DNA of 64,000 nt, from the NCBI RefSeq assembly GCF_964204865.1, contig NC_135256.1, positions 20,708,001-20,772,000 on the forward strand. Direction: 5' to 3'. Position 1 is the first letter of the stretch; every line of letters starts with the position of its first letter. This document shows, piece after piece, positions 1 through 13,900 of the stretch. The position numbers and the translations under genes are program-made. This stretch comes from Styela clava (Eukaryota). Under the pieces are notes generated by a model, which made no database searches, was not told where the DNA came from, and saw only the letters and a list, made by a program, of their open reading frames with translations.

Positions 1-18
1 ATACAATAAAATTCTCAC

Positions 19-192
19 CAGGTTATACTTGGCAAAATCAACATAGCAGTGATGCGATGGAGTATCGAGTATAAAAACCGTCACCATCGTAAAAAGTCCA
101 TTAGGTATCGAGCTTAACACAAGCAATCCCACTATTATCTTCTGATACTTGCCGTAACCACCAATTCTATGCAGAATATCTTCATACTTCAT
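19..192 (-). CDS. Exon 1 of a second, tandemly duplicated SLC22 transporter gene (rest lies left of the window)
   Basis: ATG at 192; [58 protein letters not shown] then GTGAG donor at 18. 174 nt, 9 differences from exon 15048-15221. Confidence 0.9.
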
Positions 193-2349
193 TTTTAATT
201 CGACGAAAAACTAAAGTATTCGTACTTATGTACTGCAGTGCGTAGTTGTTACACATCTGTTAGACCTGTACAACTAACAAGACCCTGAAAGAGACAAATG
301 TACAGGATTATGAAAACGTGTCTTCTAATCCTGCAATTATAAATGTTTAATAAACAAAAGATCAATCCCGGAGATGTTGCGTATATTTGACAGGATTAGA
401 ACATGCATTTTGAAACGGGCTTTTCAAGACTTTCATACACCAATTATAATATATTATGTGTTTGTTTTTCAATAGAAGGTCAGTCTCAAAGAGAAAGGTA
501 TCGGATATAGCGCGAGATAGCAATATTTTTAACTCTCCTGGCAACCTCCTCAAAACCTGTGTCCCAAAAATTAAAGTCTTTCCAGAATATCAAATTAGTT
601 AAAAATGACGACTTATTTAGCAAAATATCTTGCAAATTTTGATAGCAGATTAAAAAGGCTGCTGCTTATAAACTGTATCAGTGAGGTCGGAAACTTTTGG
701 TGAGATACAAATTCAGTAATATTCACTGAGAATAAAGTTTATTATACAATGCAATACAATTTATTTTGGCATTCTGAAAACAGAAAATCTCGAACATAAA
801 ACGAACAAAACACATAACAGAAATGCCCGGAAAACGAGCAAAACTTATCAATAAAGTTTATAACGCACAATGCACGTGATCGTTTACCAAAAGTGAAACA
901 AATAATATATTTATAAATAATAAAAAGATTCTATGAGCAGCAGTAAAAGGCTCATCGGGCATTTCATGTGAAAAAAGTGAGTCACACATGACACATGAAA
1001 AAATGACAATAAAGTTGATAGTGTGTCGGACACAAACGCGTTTCAGCCAAATAAACGCATTTGGGCAATAATTACATGTGATCAAAGAGAATGCAAACTA
1101 AACACAACAAAACAAACAAATTCCAGAACATGCATATACAGATGCCAAAATTTGAAGGCAGTCCAATTGTTGCACATAAAAACTAACAATATAAGTTTCC
1201 ATAGATTTCGGATGAATTGAAGGTTTTCTTTACATTGAATTAGAAATTGTACTCACGGCTTTATTTTGGGGTCTAAATCCGATATTCGTGAAAATGTTCG
1301 AAATCTGCCGTTATGTTGAGTAGTTTGTGAATGATGATTGAATGAATTTTGAAAACTTTTCACTCTGATTGTAATTCGACGAATAGATTACTATATAAAC
1401 CTATAATTTTGATGGTGTTTTACTCTGCGCTGAAGAGTTTATTCGTTCCAGGTTTTCTATAACCTTTTTCAAACTAGTAAACCGAAAAGAAAGCACTACC
1501 CTCGACTTCTATACATTTCGGATTTATTGCATTGGATCGCTTGAATTTGAAACAATGTCGAATCTAATGAATAATACCGAAAATAGGTTTGTGTTAAACT
1601 ATATGTCCATGAACCTGATGCCACTGTAGGACACGATAGACCTTTTCAGGTCCACGAAATAAATTTTCGTCGAACTTAAAATACACACTTTCATCTGCAT
1701 TAATATTTCCGAGACACTGGACAAACTGCCAACAAACGCACGCTGTTGCTTTTTCGAGTCGCTTCACGCTCACATATCCTGCGAAATATGTTAAGCTTTC
1801 TGTCCGCGTTACAAAGAATTTTTTTGACCAACTGTTAATCGACAGATTGTCCCATGGGACAATGCATACATAAATAAAATTAGACTCTCGTTGCTATTGG
1901 CAGTGTTTCCGGTACATTGCCACGGATGTAATATTGGTTTATATAACAACTCCAGAAAAATCATAATATCCGAAAGAAATATCAAGACAAACAGGATGTC
2001 ATAATATTGGATGATGATTAATAATGATCTACCATTTGATTTCGTTCGCAGCACTAAACCTGGCATATAAACTTGCTAATTCTGAACATAATATGTGTCA
2101 AGATATTTTGGTAAACCTTGCTCTTTGGAATGATTTGGATCCAGATCAAATATTTCCGAGTTTCTTGACCGCAACTTCAAAGTAAGTCATACTCCCCAGT
2201 TTTAAATATTCTATCGTGCAAATGATGTTAACGCCGGCCTGGTGGATAACATATTTTTGATAAAATCCATAGATTCTTGTAGCCGATATAAAGTGGTTTA
2301 AAATTATTTGAAAAAAAAATGACGGCTACAAATAATAACTTTTGCATTA

Positions 2350-2589
2350 CCGTATTTTACGAACCATAAGGTGCACGGTATTATAAGCCACACTGTCAAT
2401 AAATACTTAGATTGAATTTTTATCCGTACATCGGGCTATAAGATCAAACGGTTTTTGAAGCAATACCGGTGCATGCTTTGTGTGTAGGAAATAAAGCACT
2501 ACCTGATCCATACATTACGCTCACCGGCTTATAACGATCGATTCTCGAGGGGGAAAAGGGATTCAAAGTCTATTGGTCCGTAAAGTATG
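2350..2589. mobile_element. pogo/Tigger-like MITE (second copy at ~16745-16994)
   Basis: TA-CCGTATTTTACGAACCATA ... TATTGGTCCGTAAAGTATGG imperfect TIRs, present in both duplicated blocks. Confidence 0.55.
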
Positions 2590-3399
2590 GTTCTCAGGTT
2601 TATTATATAAAGTTATATATCACATCCTCCATCCATGACCTTTTCAAATTGACCTCAAATAGGATCAGTGAATGATACTCACTCAAAAATGAAATAAAGT
2701 GAAAATTGCCAAGCCAGCTCGCGAAACCGAATCAGATTTTTATTGAATTAATATTTACGCATGTAAACAACACCAAAAGTCGGGACTTTCTAAGTCTACA
2801 CAATAGCCCATCTCCCAAATTAATACCAATGTAACAGTTACAATGCAAAATGATTTAATGAGCTCTTTTGTTTATTAAATTGAATGTAAGTAAACTCGCG
2901 ATATTTCGATCACTTTTGGGTTTTCTCCGACTTAGGGCCGGGGGACCTCCTCAAAAGTTTTGCGGTACTTCAACCTAGCGACCTTGAACCACCCTGGGGT
3001 AGACTACTAGGTACCGGTAAAATTTGGTACCTTTGGTATTTCGATTCACGTTGAGACTGGAGGCATGAATCTTTATTGTCACACTCCTTGATGATTAGAG
3101 CTCAACCGTTATATCGGCCCGATGTTGTGTGTTTGCCGATATATCGTATCGGCAGTAAACAGCCGATATATATCAACTAAATATAACAGGTAAAAAATCT
3201 GAAAATGTTCGTAAAAGTTGTTTTATTTACTGTTGGTTGTGATTATTCTTTATGTATAATAAACTTATGTGGTTTATTGTTTTTATAATTAAATTACACA
3301 TAAAGGGGCACCAAAGTTCTCAGTGATTAGGGCACCAAAGGGGCATAATCCGCCCCTGAGTGTAAGATTGTTGTTTACCAGCAACTTATTGGAAGATTT

Positions 3400-4154
3400 T
3401 GTTGGTTTGTTGGAGCCGATAACAGCGTTTCTTAAAGAAAAAGGGAAAATTCTACCCACAGCTGGAAAATGATGCATGGCTGCAAGACCTAATGATTTTC
3501 ACGGTTGTGAAGAGGCATTGGGAAACTTTCAATTTGGCACTTCAGGGCAATAAAAATACGATTTCTGATCTTGCCCTACCGGTTGATGAATTGCAAGAGC
3601 TTATGGAAAATTTTGAAGCTTGATTTAGGGATTTGAAGGAGACGCACAGACGCATGCACCTATTTCCGAAATGAAACTGATTGAACTGCAAGAAGATCTG
3701 GCTCTCGAGACTTATTTGCGTAAAAGCGAAACTGCGATTGATTTATGAGAAAAAGTTTCAGACAATAAATACTATTAAGTTAAAATGGCTAGTGTAAGAC
3801 CCATTTCAGTTTTTAGCGCAACATACTGCTGTGAGTTGTTATTTTCAGTAATGAACTTCATAAAATTAAAATTTTGTGCAACTTTAGCAAATGAACATAT
3901 GACAGTATTGGTTCGCACTGCATTGACTACATAGCGCACAGACTTTCAAAAACTTATAGATAGGATGGAAACACACAATTAAACTACTCCTGATGAGCCC
4001 GCGCAATAATATTATTTGATGTTATTAGATATTTGAGTAAATTACTTTCCTGTTCACGGTGTTGTGATATTAATATTTTCAAAAATTAAGCGGTTCTCAC
4101 CTATTTCTGACTCGCTGCATGGGGCTCTCATACTGAAATATTTTGCCCACCCCA
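3400..4154 (+). mobile_element. Decayed hAT (Charlie/Buster/SPIN-type) transposase 3' remnant
   Basis: Broken frame reads FSATYCCELLFSVMNFIKLKF...LANEHM...DFQKL (hAT dimerisation-domain-like) and ends in a TIR-like TTTGCCCACCCCAG. Confidence 0.6.
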
Positions 4155-4945
4155 GCTTGCCTTTAACCTAATGCAAAATTACGCCGACGAGATCTCAGTA
4201 TACGTCATCAGCGGACCTAACTAATATTATCGGTCGATTTAAGCAGGGTTAACATTTGAAAACTCGTGTCTCGCAAACGAAGTCCACTTGATGTAAGCGG
4301 TAAATGCCAAAAATCCTAACAAATTATATAGAATCAAATTCGCAAAAAAATTTTTCATTAATCCTAGAGAGTATTTTGAATTAAAAAAATTGGAGGATTT
4401 TTTTTCAAAATGTTTCGAAATTTCAAGGATGCACGCCTGTCACGTAAAAATAGGAAATCGTAACATATAATTAGTGTACAAGGATAAAGGCTAAACAAGA
4501 TAGACTACAATAATACACAAGATTAGTATATAAGATGTGTTTATTTCAGTTATTAGAAAGATTCATATCAAATAATAAATAGCGGAGTGATGGAGAGGTA
4601 TATTTCAGTAATATATTTGAAAAATAGAGGTTAAACTTTCGGACCCTACTCATTATAAGTTACAATTACCTCACACATTGAACCGTGAAGTTGACATAAT
4701 TCAGTTGTTCCGCCTAGAATTTTGAGGTGTCTAATGATACTCAAAAATATTGTACAATTCACAAATATTTGAAGCCGAGAGCTATTATAATCATGTTTAG
4801 CTCACGAGATGAAAAATAGAAATAGAGTTGTCCCGTCAGTATTGATAGAAGCAAACTAAAACCCCAAAAAATATATTATATGCAGTGAAGTGGTTACAAA
4901 ACATTATGAGACGTTAACTGCCATTTTTTTCAAAATCAGAAAACT

Positions 4946-7900
4946 TCATATTTTCTCTTCCTGTCTGGTTTCCTGCATTTGATGCAAACATTCCGATTGA
5001 GCATTTCTCTTCTTACATGAATCTATATTGTATCTAAAAAATGGAATAACTCAATCATGTGGCTAAACTATCCTAGCATATGCATCATAGATAGCATCGT
5101 GTTGTCTAAACAACTTTCCATGGTCTAACACAACGTGTCTCAAACTTCCCCCCCGGAACACCTACGCATTTTATCTCGCTGAGTTTCCTCTTCATGGTGG
5201 TACTTTATCTTTGACTAAAGGAAGAAGTTCATACTTGCATGAGACATCGAACGGTTAACAAAAACGACATGCTTTCCAGACTGATACGAGGGCTGTCAGC
5301 TTGGTTGGATATCAAATTTATGACCCATAGTTGCCTAAGTACCACCAAGATCGTCATGGCGACCAATTTAGTCGCAATTTCGATACCTGTTGCGCGAAAC
5401 ACTCCTAAGAAACTCGCAGAACAAAGATTGAGAAACGCTGGTCTAACATCTTTGAATGCTCGGTTAATGCTTATGATTGGTATTAAATAATCATATATAG
5501 TACTAACTTGTCTAAGTCGACAGAATCTTGCAATGTCTCAGGTAGTGGCACTTTGAAAGTCTCTGGAAGCAGCAATGTCGATAAACCAGCAATTACAGAA
5601 AATCCCCCCATTACTAAGTATGGAATGTATCGACTGACACTTTCTCCTGTAAGATAAATGTTAGTTTTTTGAATCATTATAAAGTCTTGCCGGCATAAGA
5701 CACTAGCCTATTTCAGTCTTTTTCCTCTTGCACTAACAAATATACAAATATATATACAGACTAAACGTACCTACGAAAATAAGGTATGGTGCTGCTATAG
5801 CTCCCACCCTTGCCATTGTAGAGGATGCGCCAACACTCATATTTCTCATCTTGGTGGGAAACATTTCGCAACAGAATATGTAAATGATGGAGAAAACTCC
5901 AGTCACGCTGAACTTGCTAATCATGGAAGATGCAATCATGAGAGATTCGCTGACTAAAAGAATATAGTTGAAATGTCAAGCACTTATGAAAAAAAATTAT
6001 ATTTCGACTATCTAACAGTTTTCCTAGCAATCAGATGGTGGTTTCACCTTATATACAAAATATAGCCAAATACGATATCATCCTTCATGCGGATATCATA
6101 AACATTTACATATATTATATATATCTTTATACATATATATTATATAAACTTAAAATTTACCATTAGTTTAATTTAGGTTTCTGAAATTTAGTCATTTTTA
6201 TTTCATTTTTTGGCGGCTTTGCTTTTAGATCTCGATAAAAATCGTCAAGATGTGAAGATAAATATTGTGAACACTAACTTGAAGTAAAAAACGGCGCGGC
6301 AGCACAAGCTATTCCACCCAAAACAAGATAACTGGATAAAATGGTTCTGCGGCCGAATTTCTCCATAAGGAAATAGGAAGAAACGTAAGCAGGAATTTCA
6401 ACCGCCGCCGCAACAAAGCAGTTGACAAATTTATTTCCACCCAAATCAGAAGTTCCCAAGCTAATGCAATAGTAGACCATACTTGCTGTAAACCTGCGAA
6501 ATGAATTCAGTAATGCAATATAATGCAAGCTCACGGCTTCAGTGCAGAAAAGAATGAAATCTAGAGTATTCCTATTGTAGCTATTTTGCTTTAGTGTTAT
6601 AAAATTCATTACCACCTGCTCGTACATATATCTTGTTGGTAGCCAATGTTACGTACTGGATCGAAAACGCTGATATTTGCACTACCACTCAGACTCAATC
6701 AGCAATCAAACTAATCTACAAAACACTAGGCGAACGCCTCACCCGTTACACAATGAACCTTACTATCATTAGAGAATTGTTGATATGGTGGCAGCTATAA
6801 CTTGAGCTGACAAATAGCCAAACGGAAATTTCACCGTTTATGGACTGGCTGCTATAAAGATAGATCAAACGCGAAACTATTGATTAAAATTTGATATATT
6901 GTTTAAATACGTATTTATTAATCATATAAGGCGATCTATGTATAGTTTAACTCGCGCGAACCCGTTCTTGTTTTAGAATTCGGACGAACGCAGCTGATGA
7001 CTTACGTTTTTTGTTTGGCGATTTGAATGTTATGCATTAGTTTTATTTAAAGTTTGCCATGTTAATGCAGACCAAGTGGTGATCTAACATACATATTTTG
7101 AATTGAGGGACCTGTTATTCGTGAGTTCGATACAAATAGGTTCCCGTTCTCAAAATTAAAAACAAGAAAACACGTAGAATATATAGCTGCTCCTTTATAA
7201 TTGTACGTCATATTTACCAATGTATCTCACAAATTAAACTACATGAACATGACTCCCTTTACAATACATAACTTTCGAGGCGGAAAATACAACGGATTTA
7301 GACAATAAGAGGCCTCTAGACCAGAGAGTTCCAACCTTATTTTCCTCAGGGACATTGATCGGTGAATAACTATGTGTTTGTGTTTTTGTTTTGAATAATT
7401 TATTGTGGGACTACGTAAAAAATAGTCAACCTTTTTATTTAATAAATCAAAATTCGAAACTGCATGACGAAACCACAAAGGCTTGGGATTCTTAGGCTTC
7501 AGTCCACCTTGTCTAATTGTAAATCCGGCACTGACGTTACCCGTTTACCACAGTCGCTCAACGTTCGAAACAAAATCAGGTTTGCTGATTATCGCGACAT
7601 TCTCAGAACGAAGTCACGCTATAACTCGTCCGAAGCCCCTGAATCCAATCACTAGTTATAAGTTATAACGCCTGTAACAATCATCATTTTAGGTACAATA
7701 ATTGATATACATGATACATAAAATTTACCAGATGAGAAACATTAAAAATGATCTTCGTCTTATAGACGGATGGCGAAATAAATCAAGGTACGTAAACTGC
7801 TCTTCTATACCATCAGTCGAATCTTCGTCCATTTTGACTTTGTTTAACTATTAAGAGTGTAATGTAAATAGAAGTAAAATTATATATAATGTAATAATGG

Positions 7901-10900
7901 GATTGGTTAATATATTTTGAGAAAATGTATAGTTCAAAAAATATGGTTCACACGCATCCTGGGAGTTCCGATTTGCACAGATTACTTAAATTAATATTTT
8001 CTTGACCGTGTTATTTTTAAATTAACTAAATCTCGTTATAATTGAGATTTGATAGTGCCCGGTAAAATATCGATAAGTTTTATTTAGCTCTTGGCCTGTT
8101 AGTTCACTTGTGATTCTACGTCCCCGAACTTTCTTTATTTCCGAGTGCGTTCTTGTAACATTACCATGTCTTCTGCAAAGTTTCACTTCAAAAATGTATA
8201 TTGATTAGTTGTTTCACGTTTGTCTATTTATTTATTTATGATATTATTTAGGGCACTAGTTTTGATTCGAGAATTATATAGCCTACAGTTCGAAAAGTTT
8301 ATCAGAGCGTACTAATCTACTCGTACTCTTTGGAGTGCACTCATAGTTTTAAATTTCAGGCAGAAATGCGATACTTGGACAAATCTTAAATTTTACCGAG
8401 AGAAGGTCTTCTTCTTGAAAAGATTTTCCATTTGTTTTTGCAATTTTTAAAATTATTTGCTTAGCTTCTTCTTTTCCGTTTATAATCAACCATCTTGGAG
8501 ACTCAGGTATCAACCTGGTAAAATTAACAAAGAACAATAATTCCTGCAATAGGAAGTTTAGAATATACCCTAAAAGTTTGCAAAATTGGGCTGATCTACA
8601 TTACCGCTACCCAAGTATATTATATATACTGTATAATTGATCTTATTTTACAAAATGTCCAGGGAGGCAATTCACAAGTTGGACAGAGTTATGATCTTGA
8701 AGTAATAGTATAAGTATGTTGCATATATCATATTGGCGAAATATTTCATTGTAATAATTTGTAAGCAATACGGTTAATATCACTGAAATATGTGAGGTCG
8801 ATTCCTCGGGTTTCATCGATAGATAAACCTAATTTTGTAGATGAAAGTAGATTCTCATTTCATTTAATATCTTTATTATGAGCAAGTATTCATGAAAGTA
8901 TCAGAGATGCAAATTTTCAGGTATTGCAAATGTTTTAAGAATGAGTAACTTGCGGTATTTAGCCAGCACTGCCCAAACCAAGCATTTTCTTACTTTAAAT
9001 AATCATTTATTTTACAGATAATTCCATTTAAATTCGAAAGTCGGCGGGAAGGGAAAAGGTTGGGTCATTCCACTTGCTTGTCAAAGTATTCATAACATCA
9101 TACTATGCTTCACATATTATCTTAACCTCTTAAAAAGTGTGACGTAATATCAACATAATTAAACTGATTTCATACTTACCAGTAATATGGAATGAACAGA
9201 ACTCCCAATGCTCCCATGAACCACATCAGCCATCGCCAATCGGTCAAATACCACGCAGCTGCAGGTAACAACATGTAACCAATTGTGAATCCTCCGACCT
9301 CTAAAGATCCTACCAGCGCACGTTTAGAAGAATCCACAATTTCTGTAACTGCAATAATAATCAATATATCTAAATGAATGAAATTTGCCAGTACTTGGAA
9401 TTAAATTCAGAATAAATGAAATATTTCGGTTTGACTCTAAAAAACTATGGGAAAAAAATCGAATTTAAAAAAACGAATTCAAAATGATTCAGAAAAAGTC
9501 AGACTATAAACAATCTGTTATACATTAAGTATTAAGTGATAATTGAATAGACCTGTACATTTGTTTCATTGATTATGTGAAGGCATTGATTGCGTCAAAC
9601 ACGGGGAGTTGATAAGAATGTTGGAGGATCTGGAGATTAAATGAGAAAGATCAATTGATTGCGAGTCTGTACTGGGATCAAAAAACAGCATTGAGACTCC
9701 ATGGCACAAGCGGTGAATGGGTAGAAATTCAGAAGGGTGTCCGCCAAGAGTGTGGGCTATCTCCTGATATGTTCAATTTGTATAGTGAAACTGCTCTGTT
9801 GAAATTAACGACAAAGCCGAATGTATAGCTTGGTGATAGGAACTACAATAACTTCAGATATACAGATGATACTGCCTTGATTGCTGATTCGGAGGAAAAA
9901 CTGCAAGAACTGCTGGATATAGCAGTCAAAAAAAGGCTGAAACTGGGGCTGTCAGAAAACGTTTTCAATGGTCTGTAGTAAAAAAAACTCAGATACCTCG
10001 TTGTCATCTATCTGTGGATAGAACCGCGATACGCCAGAAGGAAAGCTTTACATACTTGGAAAGCATGATTACATCAGATGGTCGATCAGTATCAAATTTA
10101 AAATGCAGAATAGCAGTCGCGAAGAAAATATTTTTAAATATGAAAAGTGTTCTGTGTGCACGAAATCTGGGACTTGGCACCAGAAAAAAGCAGCTAAAGG
10201 GTTACGTCTGGTCGGTACTGACATACGGAAGTGAGTCTTGGACAATCCACAAGACGATGCTTCAAATTTTATGGACAGAGAACGCGTCAAATGCTGAAGT
10301 CTTAAGAAGAATGCAGGTCGGTTGCTTGCTGATGCGGAACATCAGAGAAAGACGGTGCCGATTGGTTGGACACCTATTTCGCAAAAACGATACCATCGAA
10401 CGGGTGTTGGTAGTATGGTAGATAGTAACAGGCCTGTCCATGGGACAAATTTTTTTGTCGCATTCCCGTAGTAATTTATGCCTGTTCTATCCCATCCCAT
10501 GGGATTCCCATTGGAATACATTTCAATAAGAATAGTATTGATTGAATATCTGTTTGAAGCGATTATGATTCTCTAAAGCAGTGGTGTCAAACTTGTGGGT
10601 TTTTGAGGGCTGCATTGCATTTTGGAAATTGTGCAGAGGGCCGCAAAAAGTGATTTATTTTGATAATGTATACTTGAAACATATTTTTAGATAGGTTTGT
10701 GACTTATATTGTGAATTTGTGATGCAATTAAACTGTCGAATGAAGTTTTGTCATTTGCTCGAAATTACATTTTAATTTTTGCATTTCACTATTATTGCAA
10801 TTTACTGTATTTAATACCAAAAATCATAAATTTTTATGTACAACTATCCAAATCATTTCTAAACAAAGTTTTCATAAATGAAGAATAATACATACACTAA

Positions 10901-13900
10901 GAAAGACTTATTCTAACTATAAAGACTCGAAATTTACAAAAATACTACAGAATAAACTCAATGTTTTTTCATTACATATGTCCTGACATTTGGCATCTTT
11001 TTTGTGCGTCCAACTTATTAATATCAGGCTGAAATGATTTTACAGTACCAACTCTAATTAACGAGGTCGCATGATCATCGGGTAATCTGGATCGTGTAGT
11101 ATGTTCGATTAATTTGAGTAATGCAAAAATATCACGTTTATCATTTCATTTATTAATCAGTAAACAAACAGATGACTGACTTTTCGGACCAGACATTTCC
11201 CGCCACATTTCCTACCATTACGTGACATAGGACCGCTTAAGTTATGATTGATATTGATTTCTAGTAAATAGGTAGTTGTATAACTTTAATAATATATATA
11301 TAACACGTGAAAATTTCCTGTTCGAAGTTGAACTTTAAATTTGTCATATTGACTGCTGAGCTTATTTTAATAACGTCTACTTATATCAGACATGAGCAAA
11401 CTACGACACGATGGCCAAATCCGGCCCGTTGGGTAGTTCAATCGGGCCGCCATGCTGCCAAAACCAAACTAAAACCAAATTTTAATATAAGGAATTTGTT
11501 GAGAATGCGATTAAATTTAGTTTCGTTACGAGGATCATTGTTTTTCAGTTAGGCTTTTGTAACACTGTAAATATTTTTCATAAAATGTAAGTTTGACATC
11601 ACACTTACATGAATCGCAAGTCTTGGTGGGAAATATTTTTAGCTCCTGCTCCAAAATCCGTGCCCACCCATGACTTATATTGTATTCTTTCATTGTCCTG
11701 ATGGAAATGTGACGAATTAAACAATGTGCTTTTGAATTTTGAGAAATGCAGAAATATTGCAACTCCCATTTTTCTTCAAAAATGCCACCTTCTTCACGTA
11801 CTTTGCGTTTCGTTTAATCCCTAAAGTGTTTTTTTTCAAATATTTTTTTGCTAGGTTGAGGTGTATCCATAGTTGGGTCAAATTGAAAACAAAACAAATT
11901 TTAATTTTCCAAAACTATCTTCAGTAAAGTGCCGTTTTCTGTGTGAATAATCAATTTCACATTTCAATAAAAAAAAAATTACAAAATATTACAATTATTG
12001 TTAAGCGTTCGAAGGCCGCATTGGAAGTTCTCTGGGGCCGCATGCGGCCGCGGGCCGCGAGTTTGAAACCCCTGCTCTAAAGATCATATTTAATATACGG
12101 TTTGGGAGTATACGAGGTGTTTGAACTAACAAAATAATGTTGGAAAGTGTATAAGAGCAGTTAAAACTAAAAGTTCACACAGCTTTATATATGAACTGTT
12201 TGTATTATTGACTGGCGGTTATGAATGAAAGAACGGTCGATATATATATATATATTCAGTTTAAGCTGTAGGCCACTGAACAAATATCAATAAACGATAT
12301 TGATACGTAATTCAATAAATATTCATGCAAAATTTCTCTCTTGATCTAAAACAAGAAATACAATCATTTTGTTAAAAATTCAATTGAGAATCAATAAAAA
12401 CTGAATATATATATGAAGGCACTGTCGATGTTGTCAAATTTGTAATAACTACAAGATCACAAGTATTAGAACAAATATAATCTAATGATATCATTTCACC
12501 AAGTGTTATGTTTGCTTTTCCGTGCATATGTATGTCGGTGCCACCATAATGTTTTTATGATGTTTAACCCTAATTTGAATCAATGTTTTCAGGATAAGTG
12601 TCTTATTATAACCCCACGAAATGTTCTTGTCTTAGTATTTTCCAAACAGCGTCGATTTTAGTTTCGCCTACGGCGAAGATAAGAGGGCGTATGAATAAGT
12701 TTTAGCTAAACATGCGAACACCACACTATGGAAATTTCCATTGTATTTCCCGTAGTAGCGAGCAGTGAAAGAATGCGTTTGCGGTTGACCGTGATTATGT
12801 ATATAAAAGATAACAATAGAAATATTTAAAAATTAAGTAGAGTTGAGAAATCTGTCTATTCTCAATTTAAACTGAAAATATGAAACTATGCATCAACTAT
12901 GAAATCTATTTACTAAAATAAATTTTTTACCTATAACGAATGCTGCTACGTAATTTATCAGTTGAGTGCATCCTGCCATGAACATAGTAGCGGTAAACAA
13001 AGCAGAGTTATTACAAAATCCGTTACAAAACATTGAAACGAATTGCAAAAACGTTCCCCACAAAAACACTGGTCTTCGTCCATACCTAAATCAAATTTGG
13101 TAGAAAGGTTTTGCATTGTATAGCAATTGGCAAAGCACGTTAATTTTGGGCACAAGTCTAAGGACACTTGGAGAAGCGACCATTTGTAGCGACTATTCTG
13201 CCTGCATTTATACCAGGCGGCAATTGTTTGAAATATAAAAACTTTCGATCAAACATTTGATGATTCTGCTCCCGAAATGTATTTAGTTGTGATCTATTCC
13301 AAAGCCATGAATAAAGTTTTTATATATATAATAAAAAAGAACAAATTAAAATTAAAAAAGCTAATATCCAACCACAGTGAACTCTAAATCACTAGGTTTC
13401 AGCATATCATATCAAGTAGGGCTTCATGCATCGGGAAGTTATAAAAAGTTGGACTTAGCGCTATCAAGATAATGATCTGATTTAAAAAAAAATAACCTGT
13501 CAGACAGAACGCCACTGACTAGAGATCCAAGTAGAACTCCAGCCATGTAGAGAGAGATTACCGACGGCTTTTTCCACGCATCATCACATACCCAATTCAA
13601 CTATAAAATATGTTATGTCAAATTACATATGCCATGTTTTCATGTACAGGAGTCGCAATTTTGCTGTTTTTAACTTTGCAAATTGAATGATATTCAATTC
13701 CCTTTTCCACAATAACGGTTATAAAATTTCGAAATCGATGAACGTGATACTAAGAAATTAATAAGGTGATAACGGTATTTAACTAAAGGAACATGTTTTA
13801 AATTAATCGCAATAATCGTTAAGCCTAATCCTGTTTACATATTTTCGAGTGAGCCGCTGTTCGTTGTATTTACCGACTCCACGTATCTATTCAGTCTCAA

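Larger units (their letters stand above)
1..2640. repeat. Segmental duplication copy A (SLC22 exon 1 plus ~2 kb upstream)
   Basis: Colinear with 15031-17035 apart from indels; the largest is ~540 bp at 743-1283, present only here. Confidence 0.9.

Noticed and set aside
1400-2200. ORFs 1809-2066, 16126-16443 and 16347-16556, similar between the duplicated blocks
   Set aside because: The similarity is explained by the duplication. Frames and stops differ between copies and I recognise no motif; at most an old pseudogene or TE remnant.
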